A stretch of DNA of 64,000 bases from Sedimentisphaeraceae bacterium JB056 (GTDB lineage Bacteria; Planctomycetota; Phycisphaerae; Sedimentisphaerales; Sedimentisphaeraceae), in assembly GCA_044440125.1 (NCBI GenBank), contig JBITAJ010000029.1, positions 32,001-96,000 on the forward strand. The letters are read 5' to 3'. This document shows positions 19,437 through 28,430 of this stretch, one piece after another. A model generated the notes under the pieces. It searched no databases. It worked only from the letters and a program-made list of their open reading frames with translations, and was not told where the DNA came from. The translations under genes were made by a program, and so were the position numbers. Positions within the stretch are counted from its first letter, which is position 1. Every line of letters begins with the position of its first letter.

Positions 19437-19476
19437 AAATAATGTAAGAATAACTATAATCAGATGCGTTTGCCTC

Positions 19477-19539
19477 TATTTCTTAAGAGGTTTTTCCTGC
19501 TTGACAATTAATTTTTGCTATATATGATTGGTTTTAGTG
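19477..19539 (+). repeat. 63-bp direct repeat, copy 2 (likely sulfatase promoter)
   Basis: 61/63 identical to 18060-18122. Confidence 0.95.
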
Positions 19540-19583
19540 GTTCTTTGTGGTTATACAATTTTGATATTTTGAGAGGTTTTATC

Positions 19584-21053
19584 ATGGGCAGTAGTTTTTT
19601 GCCGAATCGAAGAGATTTTTTGAGGTTTTCAGGTGCGGCAGTCGCAGGTTTTTATCTTGGCGGATGCGGCAGTGATCGGATTAATGCCGCTTCATCAACC
19701 AAGAGGCCCAATGTTGTACTAATAACGGGCGATGATCTTGGCATACAGGTTGGTTGTTACGGCGATAAGACCGTCAAGACCCCCAATATCGACAAGCTTG
19801 CCGCAAGTGGAGTGATGTTCAAGACCGCCTGGGTATCTCAGGCAAGCTGCAGTCCTTCAAGAAGCAGTATATATACGGGGCTTTATCCTCATCAAAACGG
19901 CCAGATCGGACTGTGTCACAGAGGCTATTCTATGAACAGAACTTATCCGACAATAACTTCGATACTCAAAGATGCCGGCTACAGAACCGCGGTGATAGGC
20001 AAATATCATATCGAGCCTAAAAAAGCGTGTCCATGGGATGAGCAGTATTCCGATTTTACAACCTATTTTGAGCAGCGGGATGTCAAGACTGCCGCGGATG
20101 TAGGCGAAGATTTTATGAATCGAAGCGGGGATGAGCCGTTTTTCCTTATGCTGAACTACATCGACCCGCATACTCCGCTTTACGACCAAAGGAAAGGGCT
20201 TCCGGCCGAGCCGTACACCGCCGATAATGTTGAATCGCTGGAGCTTTTCGGCTTTGATACGCCGGAAATTCGTGAGCAGACCGCGGGCTATTACAACTGT
20301 GTGAATCGTCTTGATACCGGTTTGGGGATGCTGATGGACAAACTCAAGGCAACCGGCAATTATGAGAATACGCTTGTGATATTCGTTGGAGACCACGGCC
20401 CTCCATTCACCAGAAGCAAGACAACCTGTTATGATATAGGGTTGAGAATACCGTTTATCGTAAGCTGTCCCGGTGTGGTAAGCGAAGGTCTTGTAAGCGA
20501 CCAGATGGTTTCAACAACCGATATACTCCCTACAATTCTCGATATTACGGGAATCGATCTGCCCGAACCGGTGACAGGGCGTTCGCTGAAGGCAGAGGTT
20601 CAGGGTAAGGATGTTGAGCTGCGTCAATATATGTTTGGCGAGCACCATACCCATCAGCAGTTTTCATGGTTCCCTCGCCGCAGCGTGAGGGATCAGAGAT
20701 ACCAGCTTATAGTTAATCTGCTGGAGAACAGGGAAAATCCGATAAAAGGCGTGGATGGATGCGTTGCATGGAAGGCTTCACGCAAGGAAGGTGTGCCGCC
20801 GCAGGTAAAAGCTGCCTACGACAGGTATAATAAACCGCCGCATCTGGAGCTTTATGATCTGGAAAAAGATCCGTATTGCTTTGTCAATCTTGCGGATAGT
20901 CCTGAATATGAAGCGACGAAGGAAAGGCTGCTTGCCGCTCTGAACCAGTGGCGTGAAAAGACGGCCGACCCTTATCTTGATGCGGACTATCGCACGAAAA
21001 TGACCGAAAAACATGATCAAATGTACCGTGAATACATGAAGAGCAAGAAATAG
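19584..21053 (+). CDS. Tat-exported S1 (formylglycine) sulfatase, sulfamidase-like
   Basis: NRRDFLR Tat motif, LGGC lipobox-like sequence, CSPSRSSIYTG, GKYH, GDHG. Confidence 0.92.
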   Translation: MGSSFLPNRRDFLRFSGAAVAGFYLGGCGSDRINAASSTKRPNVVLITGDDLGIQVGCYGDKTVKTPNIDKLAASGVMFKTAWVSQASCSPSRSSIYTGLYPHQNGQIGLCHRGYSMNRTYPTITSILKDAGYRTAVIGKYHIEPKKACPWDEQYSDFTTYFEQRDVKTAADVGEDFMNRSGDEPFFLMLNYIDPHTPLYDQRKGLPAEPYTADNVESLELFGFDTPEIREQTAGYYNCVNRLDTGLGMLMDKLKATGNYENTLVIFVGDHGPPFTRSKTTCYDIGLRIPFIVSCPGVVSEGLVSDQMVSTTDILPTILDITGIDLPEPVTGRSLKAEVQGKDVELRQYMFGEHHTHQQFSWFPRRSVRDQRYQLIVNLLENRENPIKGVDGCVAWKASRKEGVPPQVKAAYDRYNKPPHLELYDLEKDPYCFVNLADSPEYEATKERLLAALNQWREKTADPYLDADYRTKMTEKHDQMYREYMKSKK

Positions 21054-21098
21054 TTCTTCCGTTGAAGTTTTTTAATATTCAATTTGAAGGAGAATTTT

Positions 21099-21254
21099 AT
21101 GTCAAAAGGAAGTGGTTCAAAAGGTGGCGGCGGCGGAGGTTCTAAAGGCGGCTCTAAAGGTGGTTCTGGTGGTAAAGGTCCCGGCGGGTACCCGAGTACT
21201 ACAGGTAATCCATCCGGCCCTGGAAGAACTAATAATCCGCCAAAGGGTAAATGA
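21099..21254 (+). CDS. 51-aa Gly/Lys/Ser/Pro-rich small protein (absent from the ORF track)
   Basis: AAGGAG RBS 6 nt before the ATG; MSKGSGSKGGGGGGSKGGSKGGSGGKGPGGYPSTTGNPSGPGRTNNPPKGK. Confidence 0.75.
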   Translation: MSKGSGSKGGGGGGSKGGSKGGSGGKGPGGYPSTTGNPSGPGRTNNPPKGK

Positions 21255-21288
21255 TTTTCCTGTTTTGATATTTTTGTGTATCGCTGTG

Positions 21289-21314
21289 AAGGGCACGGCA
21301 TGCCGTGCCCTTAC
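21289..21314. repeat. REP-like perfect palindrome
   Basis: AAGGGCACGGCATGCCGTGCCCTT (24-bp perfect palindrome) with a GTAA foot on the minus strand. Confidence 0.7.
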
Positions 21315-21410
21315 GGTTGTCGTATGACGAATTTGATGATTTTTGTTTGAAGGTTATGGGCGGTTTTGCCGTTATATCGGAGATGTGGGGTAATTTTTAT
21401 CAAAAAGTGC

Positions 21411-21439
21411 TTGCAATCGGTTTATGTTCTTCGTAAAAT
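21411..21439 (+). promoter_or_regulatory. putative leuA promoter
   Basis: TTGCAA-17bp-TAAAAT. Confidence 0.6.
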
Positions 21440-21448
21440 GCGGGTTCT

Positions 21449-21538
21449 ATGGAGTATAAAACTGTAACAATTAACAGCATTTCTGTCTCACTGCTATCAA
21501 GCAGCCTACTCCTACTGCGCCCTGCGGCGCTTATTTAA
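21449..21538 (+). CDS. putative leucine leader peptide (29 aa)
   Basis: MEYKTVTINSISVSLLSSSLLLLRPAALI with a CTA CTC CTA CTG run, upstream of leuA. Confidence 0.75.
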   Translation: MEYKTVTINSISVSLLSSSLLLLRPAALI

Positions 21539-21695
21539 TTTATACACATATCACTTAATCCATGTTTTTTTCTAAAGGGTATTTTGCGCCTATTTTGCGT
21601 TAAATACTACGAGAAAATAGTAATTAGCGATTAGCAATCAGTGATTAGAGATTAGAAAATACGATACGAGAATGTAATAAGAAAGAGGAATTGTT

Positions 21696-23204
21696 ATGCA
21701 AGATAAAGTAATGATATTTGATACGACCCTGAGAGATGGCGAGCAGGCTCCGGGCGCTTCGATGAGCGTCAAGGAAAAGGTAGAGCTGGCTCATCAGCTT
21801 GAGGCAATGAATGTCGATATAATCGAGGCCGGATTCCCGGTTTCTTCACCTGCTCAGTTTGAGGCAACCAACTGTATTGCCCGTGAGCTTGATAATACAA
21901 TCATCGCGGGACTGGCCCGCGCCAATAATAAAGATATCGAATCGGCAGCACAGGCACTTGCACCTGCCAAGAAGAAGCGTATTCATACATTTATCGCTAC
22001 TTCGCCGATTCATATGGAACACAAGCTGCGCAAGAGCCCTGAGGAAGTACTCAAGATGGCTGTTGAGGCGGTAGAGTATTCAAAGGGGCTTGTTGATGAA
22101 GTTGAATTTTCTCCCGAAGATGCTTGCCGCAGCGAGATGTCGTTCTTGATAGAGATAACTCAGGCAGTTATAGAGGCCGGTGCTACGATTGTAAATATAC
22201 CTGACACAGTTGGTTATATCATGCCCGATGAATACGGCAAGATAATCGCAACGCTGATGGAAAAGGTGCCTAATATTGACAAGGCGATACTGAGTACTCA
22301 TTGTCATAACGACTTGGGAATGGCTGTCGCCAACTCACTGGCCGGTGTACTCAACGGTGCCCGTCAGGTTGAATGTACTATAAACGGTATCGGTGAACGA
22401 GCAGGTAACGCGGCGATGGAAGAGGTCGTAATGGCGATCAATACCCGTCCAGACCTCTATAAGGATATCCAATGCGAAATTAAAACCACCGAAATCGCAA
22501 GAGCAAGCAGGCTTGTCTCTCGTCTAAGCGGATTTGCTATCGCCCCCAACAAGGCGATTGTCGGCCGTAACGCCTTTGCTCATGAGAGTGGTATCCATGT
22601 GCACGGCGTACTGAAGCACAGAGAGACTTATGAAATTATGACTCCGGAAACCGTAGGCTTTGAAGGCTCAAGAATGGTTCTGGGGCGTCATAGCGGCCGG
22701 GCAGGCTTCGCAGATCGCTGCCAGAAGCTGGGCTATAAGCTGAGCGAGGAAGAATTGCAGACAGCATTTGAGAAGTTCCTTGCACTCGCCGATAAGAAAA
22801 AGGAAGTGTTCGACGACGATATTACGGCGATTATTGACGATGAAGTACGTCATACAGAACGCGTCTACACGCTTGAGCACTTGCTGGTTGCCTGCGGCAC
22901 GGGTACTCTGCCGACTGCGAGCATCAAGATCAAGACAGCCGATGATACCCTGATGGCGGCTGCCTGTGGTGATGGTCCGATCGATGCGGCGTATCAGGCG
23001 GTAAGAAACGCTACTGGAATCAGTCCTGAGCTGGAGTCATACTCGATATCAGCCGTTACCAGCGGTAAGGACGCGATGGGTGAGGTTACCGTTAAGGTTA
23101 AGGCCGATGACGGCGGAACCCACATAGGCCGCGGCGTCTCGACAGATATCATAGAGGCATCGGCGAAAGCCTATATTGATGCAATCAATAAGGTTGTAGC
23201 CTGA
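21696..23204 (+). CDS. leuA: 2-isopropylmalate synthase
   Basis: DTTLRDGEQ, HCHNDLG, GERAGN, FAHESGIH; C-terminal regulatory domain. Confidence 0.95.
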   Translation: MQDKVMIFDTTLRDGEQAPGASMSVKEKVELAHQLEAMNVDIIEAGFPVSSPAQFEATNCIARELDNTIIAGLARANNKDIESAAQALAPAKKKRIHTFIATSPIHMEHKLRKSPEEVLKMAVEAVEYSKGLVDEVEFSPEDACRSEMSFLIEITQAVIEAGATIVNIPDTVGYIMPDEYGKIIATLMEKVPNIDKAILSTHCHNDLGMAVANSLAGVLNGARQVECTINGIGERAGNAAMEEVVMAINTRPDLYKDIQCEIKTTEIARASRLVSRLSGFAIAPNKAIVGRNAFAHESGIHVHGVLKHRETYEIMTPETVGFEGSRMVLGRHSGRAGFADRCQKLGYKLSEEELQTAFEKFLALADKKKEVFDDDITAIIDDEVRHTERVYTLEHLLVACGTGTLPTASIKIKTADDTLMAAACGDGPIDAAYQAVRNATGISPELESYSISAVTSGKDAMGEVTVKVKADDGGTHIGRGVSTDIIEASAKAYIDAINKVVA

Positions 23205-23218
23205 TAAAAGCAAATAAT

Positions 23219-23257
23219 TACGGCAGTGTAGAAATGATTTACACTGCCGTATTTTTT
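23219..23257 (+). terminator. intrinsic terminator after leuA
   Basis: 12-bp stem TACGGCAGTGTA/TACACTGCCGTA followed by T6. Confidence 0.9.
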
Positions 23258-23458
23258 ATATTCCTGAGTGTTTCGCGTCCAGGGATGTAATATTTATGCT
23301 TTCATAATTTGATTTTTTTGTTATAATTGCCGCGTTTTATGCGTGGTTTGCGGCGGCAGTATGCGTGACTGTTCTGAAAAAAGGACAGAATCATGCGTTT
23401 TTGGGAAGACTATTTGCCGCCGATACTTAAGAGATGTATATAAATAAGGATTTTTAAT

Positions 23459-24724
23459 ATGCCAATGACAATAACTGAAAAAATATTCGCTAAGGCTTCC
23501 GGCAAGGAAAGTGTTTCTGCCGGTGATCTTGTAAATGCTAAACTGGACGTGATAATGTGTCATGATGTTACCACTCCTCCTGCGATTTCAATGCTTGAGG
23601 CCAAGGGTATAACAGGTGTTTTTGACAAGGATAAGATCGTTGTTACACCTGACCACTTCCAGCCTGCGAAGGATATTAAGAGTGCTCAGTTGCTTAAGAG
23701 GCTCGATTCATGGGCAAAACGCAATAATATTACCCACTATTACCCTGTAGGTAAGGCGGGTGTTTGTCATGCTATACTGCCGGAAAAGGGTCATATTCGT
23801 CCGGGTGAGGTTATTATCGGCGGCGATTCACATACATGTACTTACGGTGCGTTCGGTGCGTTCAGCTCAGGTGTGGGTTCAACAGACCTTGCAGCGGGTA
23901 TCGCAACAGGCGAGTTGTGGTTTAAGGTTCCTGAGAGCATCAAGTTTGTTCTCAACGGTTCTTTGCAGCATGGTGTTTACAGTAAGGATATTATCACCGC
24001 TGTTATCACACGTATCGGTACTGATGGTGCCAACTACAAGGCTATGGAGTTTGTAGGCGATACTCTCAAAGAGCTTACGATGGAAGCCCGTATGACTATT
24101 ACGAACATGGCTATCGAAGCCGGTGGAAAAAGCGGTATCATTGCTGTTGACGATATCACACGTGAGTATCTTAACGAACATCTTACAGAACGTAAAGACG
24201 ATTATGATGTATTTACATCTGATCCTGATGCGACTTATCTTGCTGTTGAGGAATTTGACTGCTCGAAGCTTGAGCCTATGGTCGCTCTGCCTCACCTGCC
24301 GAGTAACGGTGTTACAATCGGTGAATGTGAAGGTATGGAGATGGATCAGGCGTATATCGGAAGTTGCACTAACGGACGTATCGAAGATTTACGTATTGCG
24401 GCAGGTATCATCAAGGGCAAGAAGGTTGCTATCCGTACTATTGTGGTACCGGCGACACCTGCTATCTGGCGTCAGGCTAATGATGAAGGACTGCTCAATA
24501 TCTTCCAGGAAGCCGAATGTGTTGTAGCGGCTCCGACATGCGGCGCGTGTCTTGGCGGATTTATGGGTATTCTGGCTGATGAAGAGAAATGCGTAAGTAC
24601 CACAAACCGTAACTTCGTTGGACGTATGGGACACCCGACAAGCGGTGTTTATCTGGCAAGCCCGGCGACTGCGGCGGCAAGTGCGATTGAAGGGAAACTT
24701 ACCGACCCGAGAAATTATCTGTGA
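23459..24724 (+). CDS. leuC: 3-isopropylmalate dehydratase large subunit (LeuC/HacA short type)
   Basis: [38 protein letters not shown]. Confidence 0.92.
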   Translation: MPMTITEKIFAKASGKESVSAGDLVNAKLDVIMCHDVTTPPAISMLEAKGITGVFDKDKIVVTPDHFQPAKDIKSAQLLKRLDSWAKRNNITHYYPVGKAGVCHAILPEKGHIRPGEVIIGGDSHTCTYGAFGAFSSGVGSTDLAAGIATGELWFKVPESIKFVLNGSLQHGVYSKDIITAVITRIGTDGANYKAMEFVGDTLKELTMEARMTITNMAIEAGGKSGIIAVDDITREYLNEHLTERKDDYDVFTSDPDATYLAVEEFDCSKLEPMVALPHLPSNGVTIGECEGMEMDQAYIGSCTNGRIEDLRIAAGIIKGKKVAIRTIVVPATPAIWRQANDEGLLNIFQEAECVVAAPTCGACLGGFMGILADEEKCVSTTNRNFVGRMGHPTSGVYLASPATAAASAIEGKLTDPRNYL

Positions 24725-24814
24725 TAAAATAAGCTTTAAGCTTTTTAGGATATTCCAGTATAACACAAAGGGGCAAAGTCTCCTTTGTGTTATTTTATTT
24801 TGAATAGGGAAAAG

Positions 24815-26245
24815 ATGAAAACGAAATTAGCTGGTTTATGGAAATGTGAGGGCGGCATCAGGGAAGTGTTGGTTGTGGCGGTTCCGCTGATACTCAGTTG
24901 CGGTGCGCATACAGTACAGACATTCATCGATCGTCTTTTTCTTGCCAGGCTCGACAATGACGCGATGAGTGGGGCGATGCTTGCAGGTTTGTGCAACTTC
25001 TGTTTTGTGTCGTTTCTTATGGGACTTGTTGCTTATACCAGTACGTTTGTGGCTCAGTACGGAGGAGCCGGACGTCCGGAGCGAATAGGCCCATCAGTAT
25101 GGCAAGGCGGATATATTGCGATAATCAGCGGTTTATTGGGTATGCTTTTGCTTTTCGTAGCCGAGCCGTTATTTGGATTGATTGGCCACAGTGAAAGTGT
25201 TCAGGCATTTGAGATAACTTATTTCAAGGTAATGACATTTTGTGTTGTGCCGATACTGCTCTCGACTGCTTTTTCCTGTTTTTATTCGGGCAGGGGACGC
25301 ACGGATGTCGTGATGTGGATAAATATTTCGGTAAGCTTTATAAACATAGTTCTTGATTATCTGCTTATATTCGGCCATTTCGGTTTTCCGAAACTTGGGG
25401 TTATGGGAGCGGCACTGGCGACGGTTATTGCGATGTATTTTGCTGTGTTTACATACATAATCCTGTTTTTCCGTAAGAAGTATGATGTCATGTTCCATAC
25501 GAGGCGGGGCTGGCGGATAGATAAAGATCTTATGCGAAGGCTTCTACGGTATGGTTTGCCGAATGGATTTAATTTCATGCTTGATATGATCAATTTTACT
25601 GCCTTTCTCGCAATAATAGGACGATATAACGATCTTGTGCAGGCGGCGGTGTCTATGGTGTTCAGCGTCAATATGATAGCTTTTATGCCGGTTGTCGGGA
25701 TCGGCATGGCGGTGAGTATTGTTGTCGGCAAATATCTTGGAATGGACAGGCCTGAAAATGCCGTACGAAGTGCATGGATAGGGCTTACAATTGGCGTATC
25801 GTTCATGACGTTTATCAGTCTGGTGTATGTGTTTTTCGGGCATATTCTGCTACAGCCGTTTATTGAGTCGGCTTCGCCTGAGAATATTGAAACACTTCGT
25901 GATATTTCTATGAAGATGCTCTATTTCGTTGCCCTGTATTCGATTGCAGATGCGGTTGTTATCGTATTCTCAAGCGTGCTCAAGGGAGCCGGTGATACGA
26001 GATTTGTCATGAAAGTCTCGTTTATCTGCGGCATATGTTTGATGGTTCTGCCAACATGGATTTCTGTTAAGCTTCAATTGAGCTATTATGCTCCTTGGAT
26101 TGCGATTACTGTCTTTATATTTGTACTTACAATTTTCTTTGCCCTTCGCTTTAAAGGCGGCAAATGGAAAGATATGCGAGTAATCGAAAGGCACCAGCCG
26201 GAAATCGAAGAGCAAAACACAATAAAAGAGATAGCTCACGTATAG
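24815..26245 (+). CDS. MATE-family efflux transporter
   Basis: About 12 TM helices; P.LGVMGAALAT, LKGAGDT motifs. Confidence 0.92.
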   Translation: MKTKLAGLWKCEGGIREVLVVAVPLILSCGAHTVQTFIDRLFLARLDNDAMSGAMLAGLCNFCFVSFLMGLVAYTSTFVAQYGGAGRPERIGPSVWQGGYIAIISGLLGMLLLFVAEPLFGLIGHSESVQAFEITYFKVMTFCVVPILLSTAFSCFYSGRGRTDVVMWINISVSFINIVLDYLLIFGHFGFPKLGVMGAALATVIAMYFAVFTYIILFFRKKYDVMFHTRRGWRIDKDLMRRLLRYGLPNGFNFMLDMINFTAFLAIIGRYNDLVQAAVSMVFSVNMIAFMPVVGIGMAVSIVVGKYLGMDRPENAVRSAWIGLTIGVSFMTFISLVYVFFGHILLQPFIESASPENIETLRDISMKMLYFVALYSIADAVVIVFSSVLKGAGDTRFVMKVSFICGICLMVLPTWISVKLQLSYYAPWIAITVFIFVLTIFFALRFKGGKWKDMRVIERHQPEIEEQNTIKEIAHV

Positions 26246-26349
26246 TTAAGCGGTGTCTTAATTATATAAACCGTGTTGACTTGACTATATGGTTGGGTAT
26301 AATCAGACCAAATGTTAGTACTGTTATGGCGCAGGTTTAGAGGATTTAT

Positions 26350-27285
26350 ATGTGTGATAAACAAAAACTGATGGTAGTTGTTCCTGCTTTTAATGAGGCT
26401 ATGACTATAGATAATACTATTAACAGTCTCAACAGCATAAAAGAAGAGCTTCTCCAAAGTAATTTAGAACTGAATATTATCATAATTGATGACGGCTCTA
26501 CCGATAATACAGCGGATATTGTAGCAAAATACCAGTCTGTACATCTGGTTTCTCATCAAACTAATTTAGGTTTGGGCGCAGCAGTACGAAGTGGATTGAT
26601 TGAAGCAAGACGACATAAGGCAGATATTGCAGTTAAATTTGATGCTGACTGCCAGCATAATCCCAGAGATATAAAGAATTTGGTTTTACCTATTATTGAA
26701 AATAAAGCCGATGTTGTCTACGGCAATCGTTTTGAGCGGATATCCTATAAGATGCCATTAGTACGCCGTGTTGGCAACCTTGTTTTTATCAGACTTATGA
26801 GATGGCTGACGCGTTGGGATATAAAAGATTCTCAACCTGGGATTTTTGCGGTTAATTCAAAATATTTAGAGGTGCTGTATTTGCCAGGCGATTATAATTA
26901 TACGCAGCAAGTACTCATAAACGCCTATAATACAGGCATGAGGTTTGAGCAGGTACCGGTAGATTTTAACGAAAGGACTACGGGGAAGTCTTTTGTTTCA
27001 TTCAAATATCCAATTAAGGTTTTACCTCAGATACTTCGAGTGCTTGTCGGTATTAAACCTCTTACTGTATTTGGGAATATAGGTATTTATTCAATTTTTT
27101 TCGCCTCAGCTGTTTTCGTCTATGGGTTATATTGCTATTTTCTTGGGTACTCTGAAAAACCGGTAGAGCATTCTAATTTGGTACTTGGTATGGGATTGTT
27201 TGGGATACAATCACTTTTTTTAGGGTTGATAGCAGATTTGATTATTCAGCAAAACAAACAATATGAACGTAACACAAAGAGATAA
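26350..27285 (+). CDS. GT2 polyprenol-phosphate glycosyltransferase (GtrB/DPM-like)
   Basis: VVPAFNE, IIDDGSTD, FDADCQH; two C-terminal TM helices. Confidence 0.9.
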   Translation: MCDKQKLMVVVPAFNEAMTIDNTINSLNSIKEELLQSNLELNIIIIDDGSTDNTADIVAKYQSVHLVSHQTNLGLGAAVRSGLIEARRHKADIAVKFDADCQHNPRDIKNLVLPIIENKADVVYGNRFERISYKMPLVRRVGNLVFIRLMRWLTRWDIKDSQPGIFAVNSKYLEVLYLPGDYNYTQQVLINAYNTGMRFEQVPVDFNERTTGKSFVSFKYPIKVLPQILRVLVGIKPLTVFGNIGIYSIFFASAVFVYGLYCYFLGYSEKPVEHSNLVLGMGLFGIQSLFLGLIADLIIQQNKQYERNTKR

Positions 27286-28033
27286 AACGCTATTTGATAA
27301 TATTGCAAAGAAATATGGTATCAAAGATATTGTATATTCAAGTAAATATCCGCGTAAGGCTCAAGTTATTTCTGTTTGCAGGAAGGTTTTTCAGGAAAGA
27401 AATAATCTTAATATTCTTGAAATCGGTTGCGGTATAGGTGCGCCCGCTTCTTATCTAAATGGGTATTTTGATCAATATACAGGAATAGATCATTCAGAGA
27501 AGCTTATAGAACAGGCAAGAGAATTTAATTCTGATATTGAAAATACACAATTTGTAGTTAGTGATATTGAAAGTTTTGCGAAAGATAATACACGGGAATT
27601 TGACGTTATTTTAGCTGTAGGTGTACTTCATCATATTGAAGATTTGTCTAAGAACCTACCTTTAATAAGAAATATGCTTACCGAAAGTGGTTTCTTTATA
27701 GCAATTGAACCCCAAGCAGGTAATCCATTTATTGGTTTGATGAGGCAGATTAGGAAAAAGATTGATAAGTCTTATTCCTCTGATCAGCGGTTTTTTGATT
27801 CTGAAGAATTAAGAGCTTTTTTGGTGGAATCGAAATTTGTTGATATAGAGATTAGGCATATTAATTACTTATCGAAACCATTTATGGAAGTTGTTCCTCC
27901 CTTCCATAAGCTCTTTATTCCACTATCGGTGCTATGTACAAAAATTGACAGTCTATTGAATAAAAGTTCTTGTCTGATAGGTAAGTTTTCTTGGGATTTA
28001 GTAGTATATTGCCAGAAGAATAAAGATGCTTAA
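27263..28033 (+). CDS. class I SAM-dependent methyltransferase
   Basis: ILEIGCGIG; FDVILAVGVLHH. Confidence 0.88.
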   Translation: MNVTQRDKTLFDNIAKKYGIKDIVYSSKYPRKAQVISVCRKVFQERNNLNILEIGCGIGAPASYLNGYFDQYTGIDHSEKLIEQAREFNSDIENTQFVVSDIESFAKDNTREFDVILAVGVLHHIEDLSKNLPLIRNMLTESGFFIAIEPQAGNPFIGLMRQIRKKIDKSYSSDQRFFDSEELRAFLVESKFVDIEIRHINYLSKPFMEVVPPFHKLFIPLSVLCTKIDSLLNKSSCLIGKFSWDLVVYCQKNKDA

Positions 28034-28427
28034 GCTATACAATAAAGAAACGATGAATCAAGTTATCCGATTTGTTTTTGTTACTGGATTTAGCTTTGTG
28101 ACAAGCATTGCTCTGATGTTTATTTTGTGCGAAGTATTCGATATTGATAAACAGATAAGTTATGCCATAACGCTGACAATTCTTTTAATTACGAACTTTA
28201 TACTATGCAAGAAAATAGTATACAGATCAGACAAAAGCAATCACCTGTTTCTTTTGTTCTGCTTTATTATTTCAAGCATAGTTTTCCGTTTTACAGAGTT
28301 TTGTATGTTTACATTGTTTAATTATCTGGGACTCTGGTATATTTTATCTGTTATTATCAGCCAATCAATTACGTTTATTATCAAATTTTTTTGGTATGGT
28401 TTTCTTTTCAAGCCTAAACAAAACTGA
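28026..28427 (+). CDS. GtrA-family flippase-like membrane protein
   Basis: QVIRFVFV start, 4 TM helices, 133 aa, in an operon with the GT2 gene. Confidence 0.75.
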   Translation: MLKLYNKETMNQVIRFVFVTGFSFVTSIALMFILCEVFDIDKQISYAITLTILLITNFILCKKIVYRSDKSNHLFLLFCFIISSIVFRFTEFCMFTLFNYLGLWYILSVIISQSITFIIKFFWYGFLFKPKQN

Positions 28428-28430
28428 AAT

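Noticed and set aside
21017..21327. ORF-track calls 21017-21301 (-) and 21112-21327 (+)
   Set aside because: Shadows of the RBS-supported 21099-21254 microprotein
23459..24724. leuC without adjacent leuD or leuB
   Set aside because: Scattered biosynthetic genes are common; the partners are probably outside the window
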